A stretch of DNA of 64,000 nt from Pseudomonadota bacterium (GTDB taxonomy: Bacteria; Bdellovibrionota; Bdellovibrionia; Bdellovibrionales; Bdellovibrionaceae). Position numbers and translations under genes: made by a program. The notes under the pieces were generated by a model that did not search any database, had not been told where the DNA came from, and saw nothing but the letters and a program-made list of their open reading frames with translations. How positions within the stretch are numbered: position 1 is the stretch's first letter; the number at the start of each line of letters is the position of its first letter. The stretch is from NCBI GenBank assembly GCA_041178425.1, contig JBEGVH010000014.1, forward strand, positions 32,001-96,000. The letters are read 5' to 3'. Shown here in pieces: positions 19,180-29,184 of the stretch.

Positions 19180-22125
19180 GTGGTATCCAATCTACAAAAC
19201 CAAATTAAACAAAAAGGCGAAGAGATTCTTCAGCGAATGGAAGGTCAATCGAAGGGTTCGATCTTTTCCAAAGATTTCTGGTACGGAAGAATTATGGAAT
19301 GGAGTATGAAGAACGAAAGCTTCAAAACTCGTATGTTTCGTTTTGTTGACGTTCTCCCAACTCTTTCCGACAACAACGATGTTGCGAGCCATCTTAAAGA
19401 ATACTTCACCGAGGGTGGCGAAGAGATGCCCAGCGTTTTTAACGTTGGCCTTGGCCTCGGTTCTCTGGCTCCATCGATCATGGCCGGTGCCATCCGAAAA
19501 AATGTAACCCAAATGGCAAAAATGTTTATCACTGGCGAGTCTCCAGAAGAGGCTCTTCCTGTTTTGCTTAAAGCCCGTAAACAAAAAATATGTGCTACGG
19601 TTGATCTTCTTGGTGAAGCAACCTTGGGTGAAAAAGAGGCCCAACAGTACCAACAAAAATACCTTGAGCTGATCACTTGGCTCGCTAAAGATGCGCAAAA
19701 ATGGGATGAAGTTCCTCAGATCGATCGCGATCACGCAGGATCTCTTCCAAAAGTAAATGTTTCCGTTAAATTGAGCGCTCTTTACTCTCAAATCAACGAT
19801 AAGGCCTGGGATCACTCTAAAAATATTCTCAAAGAACGTTTGCGACCACTCATGCAAACAGCAAAAGAGAAAAATGTTTTTCTCAATTTCGATATGGAAC
19901 AATATTCACTCAAAGAACTGACCCTTGAAGTTTTTAAAGAACTTCTGATGGAGCCCGAGTTTCGTGATTATCCGTTCTACGGTTGCGTGATCCAGGCTTA
20001 TCTCCGCGACTCTTTCAAAGATGTTCGCGATATGATTGATTTTGCGAAGGCTCGTAAAACTCCGGTTACGGTTCGTTTGGTCAAAGGCGCATACTGGGAC
20101 TATGAAACTATCGAGGCTGAGCAACGGGCATGGCCCATTCCTGTTTACACCAACAAGGCAGAAAGTGATGCCAATTATGAGGCCTGTGCCGGTCTTATGC
20201 TAGAAAATTGGCAACATCTTCGAGCTGCTTTTGCATCCCACAACGTAAGAACCATCTCCGCAGCCTTGTGCTTGGCTGAGGCGATGAATGTTCCGAAACT
20301 CGCCTTCGAAATTCAAATGCTTTATGGAATGGGAGACCCGATTAAGAAAAGTCTCGTTGACATGGGTTATCGCGTTCGAGAATACGCTCCCATTGGCGAA
20401 CTAATCCCTGGAATGGCCTATCTTGTGCGCCGACTTCTCGAAAACACTTCGAATGAAAGCTGGCTACGAAACAAGTTTGCTGAGGGGCAATCAACAGAAC
20501 AACTTCTCAAGGATCCAGCCTCTGGACTGGTGCCAAGCTCCTCCGACACTCTCCGCTCTGATCGCTTTCAAAACGAAGCCCTTCTCGATTTTGCGGTTCC
20601 CGCTAATCGCAACAAAGTGCAACAGCAAGTGGCAGCTCTCAAGCAAGGTTCGATCGCTACTCTTCCGCTTTGGATCAATGGCAAAGAAGTTTTTACTGAA
20701 AATACTCTCGAAAGCCGATCGCCTTCAAACCCCGATCAACTTCTTAGTAAAATTTGTTTAGCCAGTGAGAAAGAGGCGATTGCCGCAGTTGAATCCGCTC
20801 ATCAAGCCTACGGTTCATGGAAAAACACGGCCGTCGCAGAGCGTGCAAAACTCCTAAACACTTTGGCTGATTTAATGGTCAGGGATCGTTTCCGTTTAAT
20901 TGCTGAACAGGTGCTTGAGGTTGGAAAACCATGGGTAGAGGCCGATGGGGACGTCGCCGAAGCGATCGACTTTTGCCGATACTACGCGCGCTCCATTGAC
21001 GAGGTCTGTGGGCCTCGCCGTGTTGGTAAGGTTCCGGGAGAACTCAGTATCTATCATTATCAAGCAAGAGGGGTCGCCTTGGTGATTGCGCCATGGAACT
21101 TTCCTCTGGCTATTCTCACTGGCCAGGTTGCCGCCGCCTTGGTCACAGGCAACACAGTCGTGATTAAACCAGCGGAACAGAGCTCTTTGGTAGCGCATGG
21201 TTTGTTACGACTCTTAAGAGAGGCGGGCTTTCCTCCCAACTCCTATCAATTTATTCCCGGCATTGGTGAGCAAATTGGACCGGCCCTCGTCAAACACCCC
21301 CATGTCACAACGATTGCATTCACTGGATCAAAGGCTGTTGGTTTAGAAATTTTAAGATCAGCAGCCACAGTGTTACCTGGTCAGGTTCACGTCAAACGCT
21401 GCATTATTGAAATGGGCGGAAAAAACGCCATCATCGTTGACAGTGATGCAGACCTTGATGAGGCCGTCAAAGGAGTTGTCTACTCTGCCTTTGGTTTTGC
21501 AGGACAAAAATGCTCTGCGTGCTCAAGAGTTTTCGTCGTGGGCGATATTTACGAAAAATTTAAAGAACGACTAATAGACGCTGTTCAAAGCTTAAAGGTT
21601 CTTCCGTCCGAAGATCCTCTTGCATCTCTTGGCCCCGTGATTGACCAAGAATCTCAAAAACGCATTTTCGCGTTCATTGAATCTGGTAAAAATGATGGCC
21701 GCCTTCTTTATCAGGGCCCAACCCCCGAAATAGGTCATTTCGTTGGCCCAACAATCATCGAAGGACTATCGCCTAAGAGTCATGTCGGACAAAATGAAAT
21801 TTTTGGCCCGGTCTTAGCGCTTTTTAAAGTGGAGTCTCTCCAGCAAGCTGTGCAATTCACAAATGATGTTGAATACGCTCTCACCGGGGGCATCTTCTCC
21901 CGAAGTCCCGCGAATATTGAGTATGCCAAAAATAATATTGAAGTGGGCAATCTGTATGTGAATCGTGGAATCACTGGGGCTCTCGTGGATCGTCACCCCT
22001 TTGGCGGATTTAAGATGTCTGGAATAGGTAGCAAAACAGGGGGACCAGATTACTTGAAGCAATTTATGGAACCGCGAACGGTCACCGAAAATACTCTTCG
22101 CCGAGGTTTTGCACCAACGGAGTAA
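19180..22125 (+). CDS. putA: Bifunctional proline dehydrogenase / L-glutamate gamma-semialdehyde dehydrogenase
   Basis: FRFVDVLP, RLVKGAYWD, YLVRRLLEN, EMGGKN, GQKCSAC. Likely GTG start at 19180. Confidence 0.96.
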   Translation: MVSNLQNQIKQKGEEILQRMEGQSKGSIFSKDFWYGRIMEWSMKNESFKTRMFRFVDVLPTLSDNNDVASHLKEYFTEGGEEMPSVFNVGLGLGSLAPSIMAGAIRKNVTQMAKMFITGESPEEALPVLLKARKQKICATVDLLGEATLGEKEAQQYQQKYLELITWLAKDAQKWDEVPQIDRDHAGSLPKVNVSVKLSALYSQINDKAWDHSKNILKERLRPLMQTAKEKNVFLNFDMEQYSLKELTLEVFKELLMEPEFRDYPFYGCVIQAYLRDSFKDVRDMIDFAKARKTPVTVRLVKGAYWDYETIEAEQRAWPIPVYTNKAESDANYEACAGLMLENWQHLRAAFASHNVRTISAALCLAEAMNVPKLAFEIQMLYGMGDPIKKSLVDMGYRVREYAPIGELIPGMAYLVRRLLENTSNESWLRNKFAEGQSTEQLLKDPASGLVPSSSDTLRSDRFQNEALLDFAVPANRNKVQQQVAALKQGSIATLPLWINGKEVFTENTLESRSPSNPDQLLSKICLASEKEAIAAVESAHQAYGSWKNTAVAERAKLLNTLADLMVRDRFRLIAEQVLEVGKPWVEADGDVAEAIDFCRYYARSIDEVCGPRRVGKVPGELSIYHYQARGVALVIAPWNFPLAILTGQVAAALVTGNTVVIKPAEQSSLVAHGLLRLLREAGFPPNSYQFIPGIGEQIGPALVKHPHVTTIAFTGSKAVGLEILRSAATVLPGQVHVKRCIIEMGGKNAIIVDSDADLDEAVKGVVYSAFGFAGQKCSACSRVFVVGDIYEKFKERLIDAVQSLKVLPSEDPLASLGPVIDQESQKRIFAFIESGKNDGRLLYQGPTPEIGHFVGPTIIEGLSPKSHVGQNEIFGPVLALFKVESLQQAVQFTNDVEYALTGGIFSRSPANIEYAKNNIEVGNLYVNRGITGALVDRHPFGGFKMSGIGSKTGGPDYLKQFMEPRTVTENTLRRGFAPTE

Positions 22126-22146
22126 GTTTAACGACACTCTTCATTC

Positions 22147-22182
22147 AAAAGCCGTAAGAGCCTCTTCTCTTGCGGCTTTTTT
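22147..22182. terminator. Bidirectional intrinsic terminator
   Basis: AAAAGCCGTAAGAG...CTCTTGCGGCTTTTTT between convergent genes. Confidence 0.75.
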
Positions 22183-22984
22183 ATTTGGTGGGCTTTCGTT
22201 CGCGCTTTAAAGTAAAGAGGGTTGTTGCTTTTTCTGGATTATTTTCATCCACAAAATTTGCAAACTCAATAACATTTGGTCGCACCAGAATTCGTTGCAC
22301 TCCTAAACCCAATTTTTCGTTGATACTATTGAGAACTTCACCAGAAAACTGTAAGAAGGCTGATGGAAACAAAAGTAGTTTACTCATCCAAGGAAAGGGC
22401 TCCAGAATGTTCAAGGCATCATTTGTTAGGAAATGAACAGGTGTCAAGATCACCGGGAGACGGGTCAGTTTTACAACACTGCTTTTGGCTCCCTTTAAAA
22501 CTCCTCCTGGGCCCCAAAACCAATCCCCAGGTAAATTAGCAAGATTCTCTTTTTGCTCCGGCTCAAGCCCATAGGCATGCATAAAATAAATTGAGAGATG
22601 AGTCTCTTTTATTTTTTCGGAATCATCGTTCACACAAACATAGAGAAAATTTCGGGAGCGATCTAATTTGAAGAGCACGATTCCCAACATATGAAAAAAA
22701 CCAGTCTTCTTGGGACGCAAGAGGGCCTCATAGCGAACACGATGATGGGCCTTACTCTTCATTTTATCAAATCCACCCATAACTTCATTATTAATGGTCA
22801 AGTTATCAGGCATAACCAAGGGATGCTCTCCTGTTCTTGGCGTTCCAAAATATAATCTTTTAATCACTCTATCGGCCATAGTCACTGCCTCTGAAGGCAG
22901 TATTTGACAACCCTTAGTCTGAGCAAAGGCGCCTTGATAAGAAGTAATTATAAATAGAAATATCAGAATCGATACTCTTATCAT
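22181..22984 (-). CDS. Secreted hypothetical protein
   Basis: Signal peptide ending AFA. ATGA overlap with the upstream gene. Confidence 0.7.
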   Translation of the reverse strand: MIRVSILIFLFIITSYQGAFAQTKGCQILPSEAVTMADRVIKRLYFGTPRTGEHPLVMPDNLTINNEVMGGFDKMKSKAHHRVRYEALLRPKKTGFFHMLGIVLFKLDRSRNFLYVCVNDDSEKIKETHLSIYFMHAYGLEPEQKENLANLPGDWFWGPGGVLKGAKSSVVKLTRLPVILTPVHFLTNDALNILEPFPWMSKLLLFPSAFLQFSGEVLNSINEKLGLGVQRILVRPNVIEFANFVDENNPEKATTLFTLKRERKPTK

Positions 22985-23802
22985 TTCACGGTACTCCCGC
23001 GTTTTTCTTCACTGGTCGACCACTGGCAATCAACCTTGGCATTCACAGCCCGAACTCCTTTAGCAAATGGATTATAATCTGTGCGTACCCTTTGAGTGCA
23101 GAGCAATGCCCCGGGAAAGTCGGTGATTATTTCGAAAACGAACTGAGTTCGATTCTTTTTACGGTCTCCGTAGTACATAGCATTACCTTTGGCCGTTACC
23201 GAATTTACGTCGGGATTCAAAAGACGCATTTCTCGAACCACATTTGCAACGAAATCTAATTCATGTTCCTCTTCTGGTGCCTCCAAGACTTTACCCACGT
23301 CAAACCACTCAAGTGTAAATGGTTCTACCGTAAGATGAGGAGCAAACCAATTTTCGAATTGATGCAATATAAATTGTGGCGAAGCGTAGGCTCGATCCAG
23401 CCTAAACAAAATGGCTCCAGCAATCATTGCCAATAAATTCTGAGAGGGATTCCATTTTAGATTAACATAACCATAGGTACGTTCGTTGACCTTTACCGAC
23501 ATCGTCATCATTGCTACAAATTGGTTTCGAGAAACACCACGATGCAATTCTTCATTCACAAGGAGAGCTTCGCCAAGAGTCATGGGCCCTCGTCTATCGG
23601 TTGAATTTCTTAGCGAAACCACGTAGACATCATCAAACTCATAGCCCACAGCCCGAACCATCTTATCAACAGCATAGGCAATCGATCGTTCATAAAAATT
23701 CAAATGGCCATGATCCGCAATCGCCCTCATCGGCATCAGGAAAAGTAAAAACAAAAAAAGCTTTTTTAACTGGCTTTTAATGATCACTTCATACCCTTTC
23801 AT
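22981..23802 (-). CDS. Secreted hypothetical protein
   Basis: Signal peptide KKLFLFLLFLMPMRAIA. The real start is probably near 23802, not 23925. Confidence 0.65.
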   Translation of the reverse strand: MKGYEVIIKSQLKKLFLFLLFLMPMRAIADHGHLNFYERSIAYAVDKMVRAVGYEFDDVYVVSLRNSTDRRGPMTLGEALLVNEELHRGVSRNQFVAMMTMSVKVNERTYGYVNLKWNPSQNLLAMIAGAILFRLDRAYASPQFILHQFENWFAPHLTVEPFTLEWFDVGKVLEAPEEEHELDFVANVVREMRLLNPDVNSVTAKGNAMYYGDRKKNRTQFVFEIITDFPGALLCTQRVRTDYNPFAKGVRAVNAKVDCQWSTSEEKRGSTVK

Positions 23803-23818
23803 AAGTCCAACGAGATCA

Positions 23819-24562
23819 CTAGTACTTAAATTGAGCCTCTTTATACTCAACACGATATCTTTGCCCATCAAAACTAAATACGCACTTCTGAACCGGCACT
23901 TGTGTTTTTTTGTAATCGAAGACATCGATAGATTCGGTATCTGCTCGGCACTCGATCAAAGCACTTAGAAGCCCCTTCTTTATATCCTCTTTTTTGGTCT
24001 GACTGTTTGGTAGTGCGAGTTTCATTCGAACACCATAGAGAAAAAGCTTCTTCATTTCGATGAGTTCGTTGCTGATCATCACATCAACTGATGTGGGCAC
24101 TACTTTTCCTTGGCCACCCTTGTTGGTATAAAAAAGAAAATCTCCCTCAAACTCGTTTTCTATTTGGGTCCGACGAATTCTAAGTACGGCAAATATGTCA
24201 TTAAGGTTCGTTGAAAAAAAGGTTTGAAGTTTAGCTTCGTCTTGATTGAGTTTTTTATTCGGAGCTTGGAGTGGCACCTTCAATCCTTGCGGCGCATGTT
24301 TAAATGCCATTGTGGCTTCCAAATCAAAAACATCGATCGCAGAAGGAGTATCGAGGCGAGGATCAACGCTAGCGGAAAAATTTATTTGAACATTGAAACG
24401 ATGTTTTTGAATACTTTGAAAAATTGCCTTCATCACCTCACGACCAGCGCTATAATTCTCATCCGGCACAAAGTTACCTTGGGCATTTAACGATGAGACC
24501 CCCAATATACAAACAAAAAAAGTCGTGATAGCTTGTGAATTTAAAAGTGAAAAAGATCTCAC
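23819..24562 (-). CDS. Secreted hypothetical beta-rich protein
   Basis: Signal peptide ending LNA, SD GGAGGG, GTG start. Confidence 0.7.
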   Translation of the reverse strand: MRSFSLLNSQAITTFFVCILGVSSLNAQGNFVPDENYSAGREVMKAIFQSIQKHRFNVQINFSASVDPRLDTPSAIDVFDLEATMAFKHAPQGLKVPLQAPNKKLNQDEAKLQTFFSTNLNDIFAVLRIRRTQIENEFEGDFLFYTNKGGQGKVVPTSVDVMISNELIEMKKLFLYGVRMKLALPNSQTKKEDIKKGLLSALIECRADTESIDVFDYKKTQVPVQKCVFSFDGQRYRVEYKEAQFKY

Positions 24563-24594
24563 TAGGGTCCCTCCGACATGTCCGAAGCCGGAGT

Positions 24595-24610
24595 TGCAAA
24601 ACCTTAGCCA
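24595..24610 (-). promoter_or_regulatory. Sigma-54 promoter TGGCTA-AGGTT-TTGCA
   Basis: Correct GG-N10-GC spacing, directly upstream of a three-gene secreted-protein operon. Confidence 0.65.
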
Positions 24611-24724
24611 TCCTTAAAAGAGACCTATTAGTTTATAAGTAAATAAAATCACCTGATATTCGGTGTTTTGTCAGAACATCTGCATTTTCTTCAAAAGGGC
24701 AGGCGACCCAAAGAGGTTGACAGT

Positions 24725-25726
24725 TTAAGTGACAAGTCCTTCGTCTGCCTCTTCTGGATGACTAACCCATGAGAGAGTCTGACTGAGATGAGATTTTTGC
24801 ATAAAACTTCGGTAAAAGACACCTACAATAGAGCCAAATAGGATCGCCCCCAAATGGGCCGTGTGAGCCACCCCCAAGTTCCACTCCGGCGTGGTCAGAA
24901 TAGCGTTAATATCACCCAAAATGAGCATAGGGATCAGCCAATACTTAGAGAGATAAATGTCTCCAAAATAGTCTTTGCTGGGCACGAAAAAGTAGAAAAA
25001 GCGCAAATGCCGTCGAGGCTCGGTCAGCAGGAGAAAAGTTATTAGGGTGCTCACGGATCCACTCGCGCCAACGAGGGGAGCTAAGTTATTACCTGTGGTA
25101 ATGCTATAGAAGAGGCCCCCAAAAGCACCTCCGACAAGATACAGAAAGAGCATGAGGCCAGAGCCGAGCTGTATTTCGATCAAGACCCCAAAAAGTACAA
25201 GAATAATCATGTTAGAAAAAAGATGAAAGAAACTGGCATGCACAAATTGATAGGTAATGTAATGACTCCACCGAAATCCGTTAATAGAGACGCCAAAGAC
25301 GCCGGCAAAGTCTTTTTTCTGAAAGTTCTCAAATTCTGTGAAAACCTTTTTCCAATAATTATATCTGACCTCATCGGGATAGGGTGAAAGCGTTTTCACG
25401 ACACCCAAAAAAGCACCATCCCTAAACGACATCTGGTACCAAAAATCGTTAATTTCGCCACCCTGAAGCTCATTTCGATTTTGATAAAAACGCTCTAACC
25501 AAAGGCTCCAATCTTTCGGGCGTTCCGATTTGAGGTATTGTTCGTAGAGATAAGAATGAACCGTGATAAAGTCTTTCTTCGACACTTTTTGCGTGAGTTC
25601 TGCCGACAAATTGATCCCGTTCTTCATTGGCAGCACCAGAAAAATAAAGACATTGAGAACCAAGAACATCATAGTCACTGGAGCCCGAAGGAACTGATTA
25701 ATATGAAGCCAAAAAGGAAAGATCAT
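24725..25726 (-). CDS. Rhomboid family intramembrane serine protease
   Basis: FVHASFFHLFSNM, GASG, AHLG. Large soluble insertion after TM1. Confidence 0.92.
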   Translation of the reverse strand: MIFPFWLHINQFLRAPVTMMFLVLNVFIFLVLPMKNGINLSAELTQKVSKKDFITVHSYLYEQYLKSERPKDWSLWLERFYQNRNELQGGEINDFWYQMSFRDGAFLGVVKTLSPYPDEVRYNYWKKVFTEFENFQKKDFAGVFGVSINGFRWSHYITYQFVHASFFHLFSNMIILVLFGVLIEIQLGSGLMLFLYLVGGAFGGLFYSITTGNNLAPLVGASGSVSTLITFLLLTEPRRHLRFFYFFVPSKDYFGDIYLSKYWLIPMLILGDINAILTTPEWNLGVAHTAHLGAILFGSIVGVFYRSFMQKSHLSQTLSWVSHPEEADEGLVT

Positions 25727-27534
25727 TTCTCAAGTTCCTCTGAGCTCGCTGGCAAACGAGCACCCTCTTTCTCTTTAAGTAGACTCATATTGAGTTTGAG
25801 ACCAGGAATAGCCGAAAATAAATCGGCAAATGCGACAAGAGAATCACCATTACCCTCTTTACCACCCTGTCTGATGAACCACTCCGACGCCGAAAGAAAA
25901 CTCTCCTGTGTCCAATCCAGGCGTTTCCACAAATAGGGCGCTAATTTCCAGTCTTCCTCATAATTGGATCTTGAAATTAACAATTGAAGCGCATCTAATC
26001 TCAATTCTATTTTATGAGATTCATCTTGGATAAAATTTCGTAACTTTAATAACCCCTGGGCCTTCGTCACTTCTTTTTCTAGCTGAAATGCAATTCGCAG
26101 AAGCTTCTGTAGCCCCTCACTTTCGATAAAAGTCCAATACTCCATATTTTCGATAAGATTATTCTTACAGAGTGAATTCTTAAAGAGCGCACGACTCACA
26201 ACTAAATCATCGAGTGACTCTTTATAACTTGGAATCATAGAGACCAAAACGTCGCATTCGCGAACTTTCCCACCACAACCACTCTCAAGCTGATGAAGAC
26301 AAATTTCGGAATTAATGCGAAGAAAATCTTTTTCTACCATCACCGATTTTAATGTATCAAGAACCGTAGGAAGTTTATCTGGAGTGGATCTTTGTAAGGA
26401 ACGTAAATGCTCTGCCACCAAACCCGTCGCCCTAATACCTTGAGACTGAAGATTTTCAATCATCGTTTGCGCCTGGGCAGAAGCGCCCAAGCGATTTAAT
26501 AAAATCAGCATCCCCGTTTGATAGGCTATCCCACCTGAATCGGGCTTTTTTATTTGTGCTTTTTCTAAGATTTGTTTTGCTTCAACGACCGTTGATTTCT
26601 CCTTGAACAAAGCTCTTTGACACCATTGATCACCGAGCTCGCAGGCTTTCTTGAAGTATTCTTCACGCTCACTGGTGTGAGCGCCAGAAAGCAGGGCTCT
26701 TCCTACCCATACAAGGGGCCCATCCACGTCTTTCAAAACAGCAAAGTCGACCTCTTTTTGAAAACATTCCTCATCGAGCTGTTCGAGTAAAAACAGGCTT
26801 ACTGAAAAATCTAATCGCTTTGTCAAATTTGAGAGATCTACATTTGAGTACGAACCAACATCGTCAACTTGATCACAAAGTAGATTTTTATCTCTCCACT
26901 CAACCATCGCTAGCGTGCCATCTTGCATCTTTTGATTTGTTGTTGAGAAAAAAGCGGTAACCCAACCAAGCAATAGCATCAAGACAGTCATAAAAACTAA
27001 GTTCACTGTTGCTTTTTCGGCCGGAAACGGCGAGCCCGCATGCCTAACTTTAAGGGTCGTAATTTCAGTTTCTGACACTCTATCGTGCATGGCATGTCGG
27101 CGCTGGTGAGAAAAGATTTCTAATAAGGGAATACCGAGCATCATGATTTCAAAACACCAAACCGCCGAACGAACAAGACAACGCCCCCAAGTTAATTCGG
27201 CGCCAGTCGTACTCCTCAATTCGAGTTTCATCAGCCGCATACCAGGCGTTTTTTTCCAAAGCTTAAAATAAACCCCTTGAAGTATGACCGTTCCAATGAG
27301 TGCAATCCAAACGAGCTGTGCGAAGACAGCCATCTTTTCTGAGGTAGCCGAAACTGTAATTTTAAGAACATTCAAACGATAAAGAACAATTGAACTCAAT
27401 AGCGTAAATATGGGACTGTGAAAAAGAATATCGAGAAATCCTGCCAAAAGGCGATCTGTAGGTGGCGCGATGGAAGCCACCCTCTTGTCTTGAGAACGTT
27501 CGTGTTCTTCTGTATAGACGTCTTTTAAAACCAT
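25723..27534 (-). CDS. RDD family protein with large Cys-rich helical C-terminal periplasmic domain
   Basis: DRLLAGFLD, TPGMRLMKL, HDRVSET. Confidence 0.82.
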   Translation of the reverse strand: MVLKDVYTEEHERSQDKRVASIAPPTDRLLAGFLDILFHSPIFTLLSSIVLYRLNVLKITVSATSEKMAVFAQLVWIALIGTVILQGVYFKLWKKTPGMRLMKLELRSTTGAELTWGRCLVRSAVWCFEIMMLGIPLLEIFSHQRRHAMHDRVSETEITTLKVRHAGSPFPAEKATVNLVFMTVLMLLLGWVTAFFSTTNQKMQDGTLAMVEWRDKNLLCDQVDDVGSYSNVDLSNLTKRLDFSVSLFLLEQLDEECFQKEVDFAVLKDVDGPLVWVGRALLSGAHTSEREEYFKKACELGDQWCQRALFKEKSTVVEAKQILEKAQIKKPDSGGIAYQTGMLILLNRLGASAQAQTMIENLQSQGIRATGLVAEHLRSLQRSTPDKLPTVLDTLKSVMVEKDFLRINSEICLHQLESGCGGKVRECDVLVSMIPSYKESLDDLVVSRALFKNSLCKNNLIENMEYWTFIESEGLQKLLRIAFQLEKEVTKAQGLLKLRNFIQDESHKIELRLDALQLLISRSNYEEDWKLAPYLWKRLDWTQESFLSASEWFIRQGGKEGNGDSLVAFADLFSAIPGLKLNMSLLKEKEGARLPASSEELEK

Positions 27535-27540
27535 GAATTT

Positions 27541-27568
27541 TTATCGGACAGTTTGAATATGAACTGTA
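27541..27568 (-). promoter_or_regulatory. Sigma-28 (FliA)-like promoter TACA-N16-TCCGATAA
   Basis: The -10 element ends 6 nt before the RDD ATG, which implies a leaderless mRNA. Confidence 0.55.
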
Positions 27569-27666
27569 GAGAGTTTTGACAAATCGAGACCTAAACCAAG
27601 TCTCAATAGATCAACAGTCACCAGCCTTTGGACTAGTGACTATTCAAAAAAAGGATTCTATCGAAT

Positions 27667-28251
27667 TTAGAATTTATTAATCTTTAACGAAAGAAGATGG
27701 CCTTCGGTATCCCAAGAAAACGAAGCTTCTCCAACAACAGTTTTGCTGGCATCCATTAATTCAATGACCGACTTCTCTTGGGTGCGTTCTTTTACTTCAA
27801 GTCTTTCAAAACCAACCCACCAAAGAGATTTATTTTTTTCAAGAAAAGCGATTTCTTCACCAACAAATTGAGGAGCGTCTTTGACCTCTTTTTGCTTCAG
27901 CAACATTTCACTGACTTTTTCACCTTGAATGCCCATCAAATAACTACCTTTGAGTTCTCCAAAGGCGAAATTCTCAATGGCACTCGCTTGTCTGGCCGCT
28001 TTTCCGGCAGGAACCTGCGCCATTTCAGCAAGCCGTGATGATAAGTTTTTCTTCCACGAAAGGTCCTCTGAAACAGAGATGCTTGCTAGTCCCCGTTCTT
28101 GGCTCACAGTTGAGGCTTCATCTATCTGATTAACTTTATTTTGATTAACGAAAGTCACCGCAATAAAAACAAAGACCAAACCACTAATCCCAAAAAGTGA
28201 TTTTATTTTACTTTGATTTTGCGTGGTTGAAACATTTTTACCGTTAAGCAT
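27667..28251 (-). CDS. Membrane-anchored hypothetical protein
   Basis: Single TM followed by a periplasmic domain containing ERGLAS. SD GAGG. Confidence 0.7.
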   Translation of the reverse strand: MLNGKNVSTTQNQSKIKSLFGISGLVFVFIAVTFVNQNKVNQIDEASTVSQERGLASISVSEDLSWKKNLSSRLAEMAQVPAGKAARQASAIENFAFGELKGSYLMGIQGEKVSEMLLKQKEVKDAPQFVGEEIAFLEKNKSLWWVGFERLEVKERTQEKSVIELMDASKTVVGEASFSWDTEGHLLSLKINKF

Positions 28252-28279
28252 TTAAACCTCACTGTTATTATGCTCTAAG

Positions 28280-28295
28280 TGCGAGGTTCATGCCA
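28280..28295 (-). promoter_or_regulatory. Sigma-54 promoter TGGCAT-GAACC-TCGCA
   Basis: GG-N10-GC spacing, about 30 nt upstream of the ATG. Confidence 0.6.
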
Positions 28296-28410
28296 GAACC
28301 AAGTCTTGATTTTATTACTACTCAACCGAATTCAGCGTTTTTGTTGTGTCGATTTTTTTGACAACTGTAAATTCCCACTGTTTTAAAAGTAGGTCTGCAA
28401 ACACGTCAAA

Positions 28411-28433
28411 GCCATTGGCTCATTGCCAATGGC
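28411..28433 (-). terminator. Hairpin terminator GCCATTGGC-TCATT-GCCAATGGC
   Basis: Perfect 9-bp stem downstream of the Fis-HTH gene. Confidence 0.6.
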
Positions 28434-28463
28434 ACCGACTCTTTTGCTGTCTTAAAAGGAGAA

Positions 28464-28877
28464 TTATGCAGCTTTGCGTTTTCTTGCTTGATTGGGATCA
28501 ATGGCAAAATGTTTTACTTTACGATACAGGGTCGCTCGACCAATACCTAGTGCCTTGGCGGCTTCAGTTAAATTACCTTTAAATTGAACGATCGCAGACT
28601 CAATCGCTTTGGCTTCCAGTTGTTCCATCGTTTCGACCGAAGCAGAACTTGAGGCCTTAGAAAATTGTAACACCTTTGCTGATTCGTGTCCCAGACCAAC
28701 GGCCAACGTAGGCACCCCAACGTGAACCGACTGTCTTGCAATTCCATCCTCGAGGATCTGATCCCATTGTGAGGTGGAATAAATTTTTAATGTGTACTGC
28801 GAGTCAGACTCAAACTGAGATCGAATTTTATTTACTGTTTCAGATTCATCGCTCACGAAGAAAATGGTCGCCTTCAT
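28464..28877 (-). CDS. Stand-alone Fis/NtrC-type HTH (HTH_8) regulator
   Basis: LEAKAIESAIVQFKGNLTEAAKALGIGRATLYRKVK. N-terminal remnant resembles the start of a receiver domain. No AAA+ domain. Confidence 0.85.
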   Translation of the reverse strand: MKATIFFVSDESETVNKIRSQFESDSQYTLKIYSTSQWDQILEDGIARQSVHVGVPTLAVGLGHESAKVLQFSKASSSASVETMEQLEAKAIESAIVQFKGNLTEAAKALGIGRATLYRKVKHFAIDPNQARKRKAA

Positions 28878-28941
28878 CTAATTAACCTCCCTAAGTAACC
28901 ATCCTGGCTAAAACCATGTTCTCTTCATTGGAACATTGAAA

Positions 28942-28968
28942 TTATCGGAGATTCTCACCGGAACTTGA
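28942..28968 (-). promoter_or_regulatory. Sigma-28 (FliA) promoter TCAAGTTC-N11-TCCGATAA
   Basis: Close match to TAAAGTTT-N11-GCCGATAA with exact spacing. Confidence 0.7.
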
Positions 28969-29124
28969 GCCAATTTAAGTCATTCAACAGTGGCATTTTG
29001 AGATAAGGCGCTGAATTTTAAGGTTTTTTATGATACAAAATTTATTTATTTATGTTTTTCAAACAACACAAATGCCACCAAAGCCAATAAACACAAGGCT
29101 TTCGAAGCTATGTCTCAAAATAAA

Positions 29125-29154
29125 ACGAGGGTTGTATTTTGATACAACCCTCGT
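29125..29154 (-). terminator. Intrinsic terminator
   Basis: 13-bp perfect stem ACGAGGGTTGTAT/ATACAACCCTCGT, followed by a T-run on the minus strand. Confidence 0.75.
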
Positions 29155-29184
29155 GGTCCCTTGAAGCAATTATTAAGACTGAAA

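Noticed and set aside
28430..28448. TGGCAC...TTGCT on the + strand
   Set aside because: Spacing is too long and it overlaps a terminator hairpin.
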